DNA of 64,000 bases from Candidatus Hadarchaeales archaeon (GCA_038736355.1 JAVYML010000003.1:22093-86092); one strand, 5' to 3'. Positions 10,073 through 19,660 are shown, counted from the first letter of the stretch. Program-made: numbers and translations. Notes: generated by a model not told the origin, from the sequence alone.

Positions 10073-11000
10073 GCTGCTGTATCGAGTGATGAGCAGACCA
10101 CCCTTCTGCCATCTTTTCCGTCTCTGGTACCTGAAACGCCGGCTTCTCCCCCGTCCCCACTTCATCCTCTTTCCCACCTTCAGATGCAATTATTACGGGA
10201 GATGCCCTTACTGCCACCTCTTGGACATGGGTTTCCCCCGCCTCTACCCGGAGGACCTGTCCGTGGAGAAGGCCGTGGATTCCTTCCTCCGCTTTTCCGA
10301 TTCGGAGCTGGACGTGTCGGGAGGGGAGCCCTTCCTCTGGCGGGGAATCAGGGAATTCGTGGAAGAGGTGGGGAAGGAGAACAGGGTGGGTGTGACCACC
10401 AACCTCTCCTGGGAGGTGGAGAGGGAGAGGGAATGGCTATCCGGTTTCAGCTCCATAACGGCCAGCTATCATCCCGAGGCGGTTGGGTTGGAGGAGTTCT
10501 TGAAAAAAGTGGTGCTGCTCCGCTCCATCCATCCAAAGGTGAAGGTAAACGTGGTGGCCTATCCCCCTCTCCTCCATCGGGTGGGGGAGGCGGTGGAGAG
10601 GTTCAGGAGGGAGGGAATTTTCGTCCACGTGGATCCCTATCTCTCCCCCTACACCAAGGGAGAAAGGGAATGGGTGAGGCTTCTCTTGGTGAGCAAGAGG
10701 AAGGTGGAGTTCCCGCCGGCGGGCCTGAAGAAATGCGATGCGGGCAGAAGACATTTCGTGGTCCTGCCCGATGGGAGCGTCTACACCTGCTGGAACGGAT
10801 GCATGCTGGAACACCTCCTAGGCCCTTCCGTGCTGGGGCGTTCCTACCGGTTAGGGAATTTGCTGGAAGGTACTTTCTCTCCCTTGCGGGAGGAACTCGA
10901 ATGTTGGCTCCCCTGTTCTGCCGGCTGCGATTTGGACTATGTGAAGCAGCGAACCATCACAGAGGTTAAATCCATGGGGAAAGAGAGGATGGATTGGTGA
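10065..11000 (+). CDS. Radical SAM protein with C-terminal SPASM/twitch-like domain
   Basis: CNYYGRCPYC, SGGEPF, TTN, CDAG...PDGSVYTC, CWLPCSAGCD. Start uncertain (TTG 10065 or ATG 10089). Confidence 0.82.
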   Translation: MAELLYRVMSRPPFCHLFRLWYLKRRLLPRPHFILFPTFRCNYYGRCPYCHLLDMGFPRLYPEDLSVEKAVDSFLRFSDSELDVSGGEPFLWRGIREFVEEVGKENRVGVTTNLSWEVEREREWLSGFSSITASYHPEAVGLEEFLKKVVLLRSIHPKVKVNVVAYPPLLHRVGEAVERFRREGIFVHVDPYLSPYTKGEREWVRLLLVSKRKVEFPPAGLKKCDAGRRHFVVLPDGSVYTCWNGCMLEHLLGPSVLGRSYRLGNLLEGTFSPLREELECWLPCSAGCDLDYVKQRTITEVKSMGKERMDW

Positions 11001-13933
11001 GGGCCTTTGCGGAGGTGGCGGCCGGGGCGGCGCTCCTTCTCTCCCTCCTTCTCCTTTCCCCGCTCAGTGCCCTCACTTTCACGGACACCATCAACGCCGA
11101 TTTCGCCCAGGGAATCCACGAGAACACGGAGAACGTGAACGACGACCTCAGGCTCAAGGTAGGCTACCTGCAGGGCAGGTTCACCTCAAGGGTCTTCGAC
11201 GCGGGGCAGTTACAAGTCTGGGATACCCTTTCCTGGAATGCCACCCTTCCCACCCTCATGGTGAGCGTGGAGAACGACAACGTGGGGGCGGAGCCCACCA
11301 CGCTGGTGGACGGGACCGTCAGGATGGGGAGGATTACGGGGGGCTCCCTCTTGGACACCCGTACGGCGAACGGGGTTTACGAAAATATAACGGAGGAGGC
11401 GGGAGCCCCCTACGGGGGGATGGTGAACCTCATTCTCTTCTGGGATGGAGCCTCCATCCCCTCCGGCTGGACCTGCATCTCCGATGATGCGGGGGAACCC
11501 TTTTACTACAGGTTTCCCATGGGGGGATCTACCTACGGGAGCACGGGAGGAACGGAGACCCACACCCACTCCAGCACCTCCTCCTGCGGGGGTCCCTCCG
11601 CCACCCTCCAGAGGAACTCGGGAAGTGCCGTGACCACCGCCACCAGTACCCACACCCACACTCCGACCGTCACCGTTGCCACCGAAAATCATCTCCCCCC
11701 CTACTACGACCTGAAGGTGATCAGGTACAACTCCGGGATTCCCTCCATCCTGCCGGCGGGCGTGATAGCCCTTTTCCCCTCCACCTCCCTCCCCCCGGGC
11801 TGGTCCCTCTACACGGCGGCGGATAACCGCTTCCTCAGGGGGGCCCCTTCGGCAGGGGGTATGGGGGGAAACCCCACCCACACCCATAGCGTGAGCGTGA
11901 GCACTGGGGGCCCCTCCTCTACGGTCGGGCTGGCCACGGACCCCTGTGATGACTCCACCGCTTATCCCACCAGCACCCACACCCACACCGGGTCGGGTAC
12001 CACCTCGTCCGCCACCAACCTTCCACCCTACATAACGGTGGTCCTGGGCAAGGCCGGCTCCGACACCCCTATACCCGGGGGGATGATAGGGATGTTCGAC
12101 GGCATTCCAAGCGGTAACTGGACGGTTCTCCCATCCTTCAACGGGAGGTTCCCGATGGAGAACCTCACCGCCGGATACGGGGTCACGGGAGGGAGCTCCA
12201 CCCACAACCATTCCGACCTGAGTATTACCACCGGGACGGGTGCCACCGCTTCGGCCAACCTGGATGCGGGAACCGCCGTCACCTTCGCCAGCGGTACCCA
12301 CACCCACACCGTCACGGTTTCCTTCACCGAGAGCTCCCACCTTCCCCCTTACGTCACGGTGATCTTCGCCCAGGCCACCTGCGGGCTCCGCTGGCAGCAG
12401 AACATAGAGAATGTTACGACGGGCTACTCCAACTACCAGCTGCAGGTGAAGGGTAAGACGAGCGGTGATTCCGAAAATGTGAGGGTATACGTGTGGAAGA
12501 GCGGCGAAAACTCCTGGGAGTACGTGGGGGACCTCACGGGAACTGAAACGACCCTCACTAAGAACATCCCAGCTTCGGAGCTTTCCTCCTACCTGAGCGG
12601 GACCAGCCTGCTGGTCAAGTACGAGTCGGCAGACAACACAGATCTCTCCCCCACCACCCTTCATGTGGACCTCTGCATACTGGTGGAGGGTGTGCTTTAC
12701 CAGAGCTACGTGAAGTTCAGGGTTAAGGTAAGTGCCGATGGCTCAACATGGAGTGAGGAGCTTGGTCCAGACGGCACCCCCAACACCTTCTTCACTTCCT
12801 CCCCCGCCAACCTGGATACCATTCCGGAAAACCGGTACATCCGCTACGTGGCGTACCTCTCCAGTGAGCATTCCCAGCTCACGGGTGCCAACGGTCCAAA
12901 GGTACACGATGTGACCATCACCTCCCTCACCGCCGGACAGGCCAACGTGTTCACCATGGAGGCCGAGAACGTGGGGTGGGAGAGTGCCACCCTCACCGCC
13001 AGGCTCCTCTACGTGGATCCAACTGCGGTGGTGAGGTTCCAGTACATGCCGGAGGGTGGCACTTGGGTGAGCACCCCCTGGAAAAGCTGGCAGGGAAGCT
13101 GGTACTGGTATCCACTCACGGGCCTGCAGGAGAACAAGAAGTACTACTTCCAGGCGCAGGTGAGATACGGCGGACAGGTCTATGGGGGTGGAATCAGAAC
13201 CTTCAAAACCCTCTCCAGCAAGCCCTATGCCATCACCCTGAAGGCCACGGAGGTGGACAACTCCTCCGCCGTGCTCAACGCCAGGATTTACTACGCCAAC
13301 TACGACAGCGTGAGCATAAGGTTCTGGTACCAGAAGGATGGGGTCTGGACGGCCACCCCTCTCGTTTCCGGCTACAGGGGCACCACCTACAGCTACAGGG
13401 TCACGGGCCTTACCGCGAACACGCTCTACTACTTCAAGGCCGAAATCACCTACGATTCCACGTCCGAGAACGCCAACGTGGAGACCTTCACCACCTTCTC
13501 CTCCAAGACCACCGGCATGGCCTACGATGGTGGTATGGGCTTTGGTTCCTACCCTTCGGGCTGGCATGGGGTAAGGATGACCCCGCCTTCCGGTACGACG
13601 GGTCTGAAACTGGAGCTCCTCACCTCTTCATCCTTCTCCGCCCATCACACCCTTCGGGTGGTGAGGGACAACGGGGAGCTGCTTTACGCGGGCCACGTCC
13701 TCTCCGACAACGGGAGGAGCAAGGTGGTGAGCGTGAGGTTCTGGAAGAGCACGGCTGGGGAGAGCGTGTACGTGGAGCTTTACGATCCCTACGGTTTCGC
13801 CTACAGGACCAAGGGCACCAAGGCCTCCCTAGGAGGGGCCACATACGCCTATTCCTATCTGGACCGTGCCGGAAAGAACCTGAAGTACTACGACAGGGCT
13901 TGCGGCGTGAACGTGCTAGAGATTTACACGTGA
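10994..13933 (+). CDS. Large secreted/surface protein with three tail-collar/HxH repeats and two fibronectin-III-like domains
   Basis: N-terminal hydrophobic signal; three repeats ending LPPY; FN3-like LTGLQENKKYYFQA and VTGLTANTLYYFKA; Thr/Ser/Gly-rich. Confidence 0.85.
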   Translation: MVRAFAEVAAGAALLLSLLLLSPLSALTFTDTINADFAQGIHENTENVNDDLRLKVGYLQGRFTSRVFDAGQLQVWDTLSWNATLPTLMVSVENDNVGAEPTTLVDGTVRMGRITGGSLLDTRTANGVYENITEEAGAPYGGMVNLILFWDGASIPSGWTCISDDAGEPFYYRFPMGGSTYGSTGGTETHTHSSTSSCGGPSATLQRNSGSAVTTATSTHTHTPTVTVATENHLPPYYDLKVIRYNSGIPSILPAGVIALFPSTSLPPGWSLYTAADNRFLRGAPSAGGMGGNPTHTHSVSVSTGGPSSTVGLATDPCDDSTAYPTSTHTHTGSGTTSSATNLPPYITVVLGKAGSDTPIPGGMIGMFDGIPSGNWTVLPSFNGRFPMENLTAGYGVTGGSSTHNHSDLSITTGTGATASANLDAGTAVTFASGTHTHTVTVSFTESSHLPPYVTVIFAQATCGLRWQQNIENVTTGYSNYQLQVKGKTSGDSENVRVYVWKSGENSWEYVGDLTGTETTLTKNIPASELSSYLSGTSLLVKYESADNTDLSPTTLHVDLCILVEGVLYQSYVKFRVKVSADGSTWSEELGPDGTPNTFFTSSPANLDTIPENRYIRYVAYLSSEHSQLTGANGPKVHDVTITSLTAGQANVFTMEAENVGWESATLTARLLYVDPTAVVRFQYMPEGGTWVSTPWKSWQGSWYWYPLTGLQENKKYYFQAQVRYGGQVYGGGIRTFKTLSSKPYAITLKATEVDNSSAVLNARIYYANYDSVSIRFWYQKDGVWTATPLVSGYRGTTYSYRVTGLTANTLYYFKAEITYDSTSENANVETFTTFSSKTTGMAYDGGMGFGSYPSGWHGVRMTPPSGTTGLKLELLTSSSFSAHHTLRVVRDNGELLYAGHVLSDNGRSKVVSVRFWKSTAGESVYVELYDPYGFAYRTKGTKASLGGATYAYSYLDRAGKNLKYYDRACGVNVLEIYT
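11420..12370 (+). repeat. Three tandem protein-level repeats of about 100 aa
   Basis: Each follows I..F....P.GW...RF....GG..THxH...THTH...LPPY; about 11420-11725, 11747-12048 and 12071-12370. Confidence 0.88.
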
Positions 13934-14029
13934 TGGGGCCAGGGCCGGGAGCTCCGCCGGTCTTACCGGATTCGAACCCGGGTCACGGGATCCACAGTCC
14001 CGGATGCTGACCGCTACACCACCCTGGCC
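13934..14029 (-). tRNA. tRNA-His(GUG) with encoded G-1 and CCA, plus a 20-nt intron at 59/60 (13951-13970)
   Basis: Acceptor GCCAGGG/CCCTGGC, anticodon loop CTGTGGA, T arm interrupted by TCCGGTAAGACCGGCGGAGC within a BHB motif. Confidence 0.93.
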
Positions 14030-14090
14030 ATTTTTCTGGGAAAAGATGAGGTAAAAAAGGATGGGATTGACGCGGGTTCTAAAAGTGGTG

Positions 14091-16043
14091 TTACCCACTC
14101 CTCTTCCCTTCAACCAGTTTCCGCAGGGTCTCCACGGCTTCCGGATTGAGGAGGGTAGAAGTATCACCCACGGGAGCGTTAACGAGGAGGGCTTTTAAGA
14201 TCCTGCGCATGATCTTTCCGCTCCTTGTCCTTGGGAGGTCGGGAGCGAAGACGATCTCTTCGGGGGTGGCTATGGGCCCTATTTTCTCCCTCACTAGGGC
14301 CCTGAGTTCTTCCTCCAGCTCCTTCGAGGGAGCCCTACCTTCTTTCAAGACCACATAGGCTACGGGAACTTCACCCTTTAGGTCGTGTGGCTTGGGCACC
14401 ACCGCGCTCTCCACCACGAAGGGATGGGTATTGAGCACATCCTCCATCTCCGCGGTGGAGAGACGATGTCCTGCCACCTTCATCACATCGTCCACCCTGC
14501 CCGTCACCCTGATGCATCCGTAAAGGGTTCTGATGGCCCCGTCGGAAGGGAAGTAATAGCGATAGTTGTACTTCAGCCAGTAAGTTTCCCTATACTTTTC
14601 ATCCGCCTTATAAAGACCCCTGAGCATGGCTGGGGCCAGGGGAGGTACTTGCACCAGATATCCCGAGTCCGTCGGATTTCCTTCCTCGTCCACGATTTCC
14701 ATGTGTACGCCGGGGAAGGGTCTTCCCGCCACCGTGGGGATGAAGGGCCCTATTCCTGGGAGGGACATGATCAGGGTTCCACCGGTCTCCGTTTGCCACC
14801 AGGTGTCCGTGATGGGGCATCTCCCTCCCCCTATTTTGTAGAAGTACCAAAGCCAAGTCTCCCTATCTATGGGTTCTCCCACGGTTCCAAGCAACCTGAG
14901 GGAGCTGAGATCGTGCTTCTTCACCCACTCCTCCCCCCACCTAGCGAACATCCTGATGGCGGTGGGGGCGGTATAGAAGATGGTGACCTTGAATTTCTCT
15001 ATGATTTCCCAGAAGCGGTCGGGGGCTGGGTAATCGGGAGCCCCCTCGTAGATGAGAAGGGTGGCACCGTTCAGGAGGGGACCATAGCATGCGTAGGTAT
15101 GTCCCGTTACCCATCCTATGTCAGCAGTGCACCAGAAGAGATCGTCATCGTGGAGGTCGAATACCCACTTGGAGGTCCAGTAAGCTTGGGTGAGGTAACC
15201 ACCCGTGGTATGGATTACACCTTTCGGCCTTCCCGTGGTACCGCTGGTGTAGAGGAGGAAGAGCATGTCTTCGCTGTCCATGTGCTCTGGAGGACACCAG
15301 GGATCGGCTTCTTCCATCAGTTCGTGCCACCACAAGTCCCTCCCCTTTTCCATTTTCACTTCGTTCCCCGCCCTCCTCACCACCACCACCTTCTCCACAC
15401 TGGTTCCCTTGATGGCTTCGTCTGCATTGGCCTTGAGGTCCACCACTTTCCCCCTCCTGTAGTAGCCATCGCAGGTGATCAGTACTTTAGCTTCCGAATC
15501 TTCCAGTCTAACCCTCAGGGCCTCGGGGGCAAAGGCGGAGAAGACTACCGTGTGTGGAGCTCCTATCCTGGAGCAAGCAAGGATGGCCGGATAGAGTTCG
15601 GGAATCATCGGGAGATAGATTCCCACCCTGTCCCCCTTCTTCACCCCCAGACTCTTCAAAACGTTGGCAAACTTATTGACTTGGAGGAAAAGTTCGTTGT
15701 AGGTAAGTACCCTTGGTTTTTCATGGGGTGGCTCGGGAACCCACACCACCGCCCTTTTGTTTCCCTTTCCTGCCTTTACGTGCCTGTCCACCGCGTTGTA
15801 GCTGGCGTTGATCTTTCCTCCTATGAACCACTTCACGTAGGGAGGGTTCCACTCGTGGGCTTTCTCCCAGCGTTTAAACCATTCCAGTCCCTCGGCCGCC
15901 AGTTTTTCCCAGAAGGCTACCCTATCTTTGGCGGCCTCCTCGTAAATGTTGGGATCACTCACCCAGGCCTTCTTCTTCATCTCCTCGGAAGGCCACCAGA
16001 CGTTTTTCTCCTTCGGATCCTCTACTACCCATTGAGTCGGCAT
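14091..16043 (-). CDS. acs: Acetyl-CoA synthetase (AMP-forming)
   Basis: YTSGTTGRPKG, WCTADIGWVTGH, DTWWQTETG, PRTRSGKIMRR. Confidence 0.95.
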   Translation of the reverse strand: MPTQWVVEDPKEKNVWWPSEEMKKKAWVSDPNIYEEAAKDRVAFWEKLAAEGLEWFKRWEKAHEWNPPYVKWFIGGKINASYNAVDRHVKAGKGNKRAVVWVPEPPHEKPRVLTYNELFLQVNKFANVLKSLGVKKGDRVGIYLPMIPELYPAILACSRIGAPHTVVFSAFAPEALRVRLEDSEAKVLITCDGYYRRGKVVDLKANADEAIKGTSVEKVVVVRRAGNEVKMEKGRDLWWHELMEEADPWCPPEHMDSEDMLFLLYTSGTTGRPKGVIHTTGGYLTQAYWTSKWVFDLHDDDLFWCTADIGWVTGHTYACYGPLLNGATLLIYEGAPDYPAPDRFWEIIEKFKVTIFYTAPTAIRMFARWGEEWVKKHDLSSLRLLGTVGEPIDRETWLWYFYKIGGGRCPITDTWWQTETGGTLIMSLPGIGPFIPTVAGRPFPGVHMEIVDEEGNPTDSGYLVQVPPLAPAMLRGLYKADEKYRETYWLKYNYRYYFPSDGAIRTLYGCIRVTGRVDDVMKVAGHRLSTAEMEDVLNTHPFVVESAVVPKPHDLKGEVPVAYVVLKEGRAPSKELEEELRALVREKIGPIATPEEIVFAPDLPRTRSGKIMRRILKALLVNAPVGDTSTLLNPEAVETLRKLVEGKRSG

Positions 16044-16138
16044 TTTATCTTATTCCTCGAGTGAACTCCTTTAAAAGGATTGCTGAGTGCCCGGAGGGAT
16101 ATATGTAAGATATATTACTGCGGGAAGAAAGAAGAATG

Positions 16139-16442
16139 GTGCCGGCGAGCTGGTGGGCAGCTGCCGGGCGGTAACGCCTGAGGAAATTCCACCCCTCAAG
16201 CGGGTACCGCGAGTCCGTGAGGACTGGGCCGAGAGGCCCGACCCTGGCACAGAAACGATACCCGCCGGCTTCTCGAGGAGGATGAGGCGGAAACGCTGAG
16301 AGGGGGTCGGGGGATGAAACGGCCATTCCGCGGGAGGCAAGGGCAAAAGACCGTCTATGAGCACCCGCTCGAGACGGGTGGTAGCCCGCTAAGCCCAATG
16401 CTGCCTAGAACAGAAGGTGGATTACGGCCAGGACGCCGGCAC
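16139..16442 (+). ncRNA. rnpB: RNase P RNA
   Basis: Terminal helix GTGCCGGCG/CGCCGGCAC, GAGGAAATTCCAC pairing with AACAGAAGGTGGATTA (P4), ACAGAAA and TGAAAC elements. Confidence 0.92.
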
Positions 16443-16482
16443 TCCATCACCCTTTTATCCCGTAGACGGGAGGATGAGATGT

Positions 16483-16704
16483 ATGGGAAAGAAGTGGGGT
16501 CATTACGCCATCGGTGGAAGGAGCCAGCCGGTGCCCTGTGTTTACTGCGGGCGTCTAACTCCCAGAATAAAGGCTATCCCCGTGCAAAAGGGTTCTTGGT
16601 TGGATCCCAAAGCCATTCCAGGTCTGGATCGCAGAAAAGTCTTCATCCCCTCTAGAAAGGCTTATGCATGCATTTCCTGTGCCAAGCACAGGGGAATCCT
16701 GTGA
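16483..16704 (+). CDS. rps26e: Ribosomal protein eS26-like zinc-finger protein
   Basis: CVYCGRLTPRIKAI...YACISCAKHRGI matches the eS26 pattern CxxCG..P.xKA...YxCxxCAxHxGI. Confidence 0.65.
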   Translation: MGKKWGHYAIGGRSQPVPCVYCGRLTPRIKAIPVQKGSWLDPKAIPGLDRRKVFIPSRKAYACISCAKHRGIL

Positions 16705-16851
16705 TCAGGCCCTCCTCTCCTTGGCCTTGGGCCTCAGTCCGGTGTAGCCACACTTCCTACACTTGGTAGCTCTCCAAGCATTGTGGGCATTGCATTTCAT
16801 GCAGATCTTCACGTTGAAGAGCCTCCTCTCGGCAACTTCGAACCTCGCCAT
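16705..16851 (-). CDS. rpl40e: 50S ribosomal protein L40e (below the ORF-track cutoff)
   Basis: [48 protein letters not shown]. Confidence 0.95.
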   Translation of the reverse strand: MARFEVAERRLFNVKICMKCNAHNAWRATKCRKCGYTGLRPKAKERRA

Positions 16852-16852
16852 C

Positions 16853-17725
16853 CTATCCCTCCTTCAGGGTCTTGAATACTAAGGGTAGCTTATCTATTAA
16901 ATCTGAGGCGGTGAAGCCGTAACCCTTTTCCCTAAGGCAGAGATCGCCCGCCGCCCCGTTCACGTAGGCCCCCGCCCAGGCCGCTTCAAAGGGGCTCAGC
17001 CCTTGGGCCATCAGCCCACCCACCACCCCAGAGAGGACATCCCCCGTCCCCCCCACCGTCATGCCAGGATTTCCCGTCCGGTTGAGGAAGACTTTCCCCT
17101 CTGGGGAAGAGATAAAGTCTATCCTTCCCTTGAGCAGGATCACGCAGCCCAGTCTTCTGGCTTCCTCCCCTACCGTCTTCGCTCTCCCTTCCAGATCTTT
17201 TGGTACTTCTCTTTCCGTGACCGCCTTGAACTCTCCAGCGTGGGGGGTGAGCACCACCTTCATTCCCCTCCACTCCTTTCCCCTCACGGCTTTGAGGGCG
17301 TCGGCATCCAAGAGAACGGGGAGATCGGGATGTTCTCTCCGTACCTCCTCCAAGAGGGAGAGGACGGCTTTCCTTGTTTCCTCCAACCCCCCCAATCCCG
17401 GCCCCAAGATGAGGGTATCGCACTTCTCCAGCTCCGGGAAGAGGTGGGGAAGGGCTTCTGGGGTCAAATCCTCGCAGGGGAGTTTCACGGTGATGAGATC
17501 GGGAGAGAAGGTGTTGATGAGTTTGGCCGTTTCCCTTGGAGAGGCCACGGTAGCCAAGTCCACCCCGGATCTGAGGGCGGAAAGGGCGGCTAGGGCCGGA
17601 GCACCCACGTACCTCGAGCTTCCCCCCACCACCAAAACCCTCCCGTTTTCCCCCTTGTGCGAATCGGGTCTTCTGTGGGGGAGTACCTTTCTGACCATGG
17701 CTTTGGTTACGTATTTCAAGACCAT
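16853..17725 (-). CDS. nnrD: ADP-dependent NAD(P)H-hydrate dehydratase
   Basis: [40 protein letters not shown]. Confidence 0.93.
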   Translation of the reverse strand: MVLKYVTKAMVRKVLPHRRPDSHKGENGRVLVVGGSSRYVGAPALAALSALRSGVDLATVASPRETAKLINTFSPDLITVKLPCEDLTPEALPHLFPELEKCDTLILGPGLGGLEETRKAVLSLLEEVRREHPDLPVLLDADALKAVRGKEWRGMKVVLTPHAGEFKAVTEREVPKDLEGRAKTVGEEARRLGCVILLKGRIDFISSPEGKVFLNRTGNPGMTVGGTGDVLSGVVGGLMAQGLSPFEAAWAGAYVNGAAGDLCLREKGYGFTASDLIDKLPLVFKTLKEG

Positions 17726-17820
17726 CCTTCCTTCTCTCCGTTGGACAGAATATAACTTCGTAAAGGATTAAATACCGCGGAAGGGAAGAAAAGGGGTAAA
17801 AAAGAAAAAGGAGGGATGGA

Positions 17821-19029
17821 ATGGATTTTGAACTGACCGAGGAACAGCGGATGTTCAAGGAAACCCTGAGGGAGTTCTTGAACAAGGAATTTCCTGAGTC
17901 CTATGTGAACAAGAGGGATGCCCAGGGACCGCTCACCAGGGAGGAAGCGATACAGATCATGAAGAAGTTCAAGAGCATAGGAATAGGTCTCGATCCGGAG
18001 AACATCAGAATGATGATGGATCCAATGATTTTCTGTATCTTCGCTGAGGAAGTGGGAAGGGTCTGGCCCAGCCTTCTACCCCTCTTTGGGATGGGGGCCA
18101 TTCCCGCCCTTTTCGCTCCCTTTGCCGATGAGGACGTGAAGGACAGGATCCTGAGGAGGATGGAGAGATGCGAGTTCATAGGATGCTTCGCCGAAACTGA
18201 GCCTGAAGCGGGTTGCGACACCTCCAACATAAAGACCACTGCTAAGCTGGAGGGCGATCATTACGTCATCAACGGAAGGAAGACTTGGATAAGCAATGCA
18301 CCCATCGCCGACACCGCCTGGGTGGGAGCCAAAGACCTGGAGACGGGGGCGGAGACTTTCTTCCTCGTGGAAAAAGAAATTTCGGGCTGGGAGACGAACG
18401 AACTCCACAAGATAGGGTGGAAGGCCTCCCCGACCGGGGAGATGTTCTTCGACAACTGCAAGGTGCCCAAGAACAACGAGATGATGGTGCTGGTGCAGAG
18501 GGCCTTCGAACAGGGAGGACTCCCCGTATCCGAGGGCTACATGAAGCTCTTGACCTCCGTTTCCCCCGTCACGGCCATGCTCACCATGCCCAGAGCGGGG
18601 ATGTGCCTGATGTCGGTGGGGATAGCGGAAGCCGCTTTCGAGAAGGCCGTGGAATATGCCAAGGTGCGTGTACAATTCGGGAAGCCCATCGGTAAGTTCC
18701 AACTGATTCAGGAGATGCTCTACAAGATGAACGTACTGATAGAGACGGCTAGGTTGCTGGGATACAGGGCAGTATACGCCATCACCAAGGGAGATCCGGA
18801 TGCCAGGAGGCTCTCCGCCATGGCGAAAGCATATGGTGGAGAGGCAGCGGTGAAGGTAACCTACATGGCCATGCAGATCTTCGGGGGACTGGGACTTTCT
18901 GAGGAGATGCCCTTGGAGAGGTACTTCCGTGATGCTAGGATGCAGACGGTCCCAGATGGAACCACCGAGATCATGAAGCTGATCACGGGATACTCCATCC
19001 TAGGAAAGGGCTTTTCTGCCTACGCCTGA
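17821..19029 (+). CDS. Acyl-CoA dehydrogenase
   Basis: ETEPEAGCD, INGRKTWISNA, RVQFGKPIGKFQ, ERYFRDAR...DGTTEI. Confidence 0.93.
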   Translation: MDFELTEEQRMFKETLREFLNKEFPESYVNKRDAQGPLTREEAIQIMKKFKSIGIGLDPENIRMMMDPMIFCIFAEEVGRVWPSLLPLFGMGAIPALFAPFADEDVKDRILRRMERCEFIGCFAETEPEAGCDTSNIKTTAKLEGDHYVINGRKTWISNAPIADTAWVGAKDLETGAETFFLVEKEISGWETNELHKIGWKASPTGEMFFDNCKVPKNNEMMVLVQRAFEQGGLPVSEGYMKLLTSVSPVTAMLTMPRAGMCLMSVGIAEAAFEKAVEYAKVRVQFGKPIGKFQLIQEMLYKMNVLIETARLLGYRAVYAITKGDPDARRLSAMAKAYGGEAAVKVTYMAMQIFGGLGLSEEMPLERYFRDARMQTVPDGTTEIMKLITGYSILGKGFSAYA

Positions 19030-19132
19030 AACATCTTATTTTTTTTCTTCCCCTGTTTTCCCCCCTCGAGGTAGCAAAAGTTAAATAAGCAAAGGGCGGT
19101 ATAAGTTGTAAATTTTTTGGCCTGGGGAAAAA

Positions 19133-19660
19133 GTGATCGAAATAAGGTTCCACGGGAGGGGTGGACAGGGGGCTGTTACGGCGGCCCGCATGTTAGCGGA
19201 AGCCGCCTTTTTAGAAGGTAAATATGCTCAGGCCTTTCCCTTCTTCGGGGCGGAGAGAAGGGGAGCACCCGTGGTTTCCTTCGCGAGGATCGATACCAAA
19301 CCCGTGAGGATAAGGAGTCAGATCTATGAGCCGGATCACGTGGTGGTGCTCGATAGCACCCTGCTCAAGACCGTCAACGTCACGGAGGGTCTAAAGCCAG
19401 GAGGTCTCTTGGTTGTGAACGCCAAGCAAAATCCGAAGCTGAGTGCTGGGAGGACGGTTTGGGTGGATGCCACCTCCATAGCAGTGGAGGAAATAGGGGC
19501 GCCCATTACCAACATGGCCATGCTGGGAGCCTATGTGAGGGCTTCGGGGGAAGTGAGCTTGGAGTCGGTTCTTACCGTGGTGGGAAGGTACTTCAAGGGA
19601 AAGCTGGGGGAGAGGAACCTGAGGGCCATAAGGAGGGCCTACGAGGAGGCGAGGGAATGA
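19133..19660 (+). CDS. porC: 2-oxoacid (pyruvate):ferredoxin oxidoreductase gamma subunit
   Basis: [24 protein letters not shown]. Confidence 0.93.

Noticed and set aside
11210..12664. 484-aa antisense ORF (likewise 14385-16064, 34950-35996, 52218-53327)
   Set aside because: Shadow ORFs opposite well-supported genes, expected from codon bias; no motifs of their own.
5400..14029. Provirus or integrated element at tRNA-His
   Set aside because: No integrase, capsid or packaging genes, and I found no duplicate of the tRNA 3' end at the other side of the cluster.
16045..16482. ORFs overlapping 16.1-16.45 kb
   Set aside because: Explained by the RNase P RNA gene.
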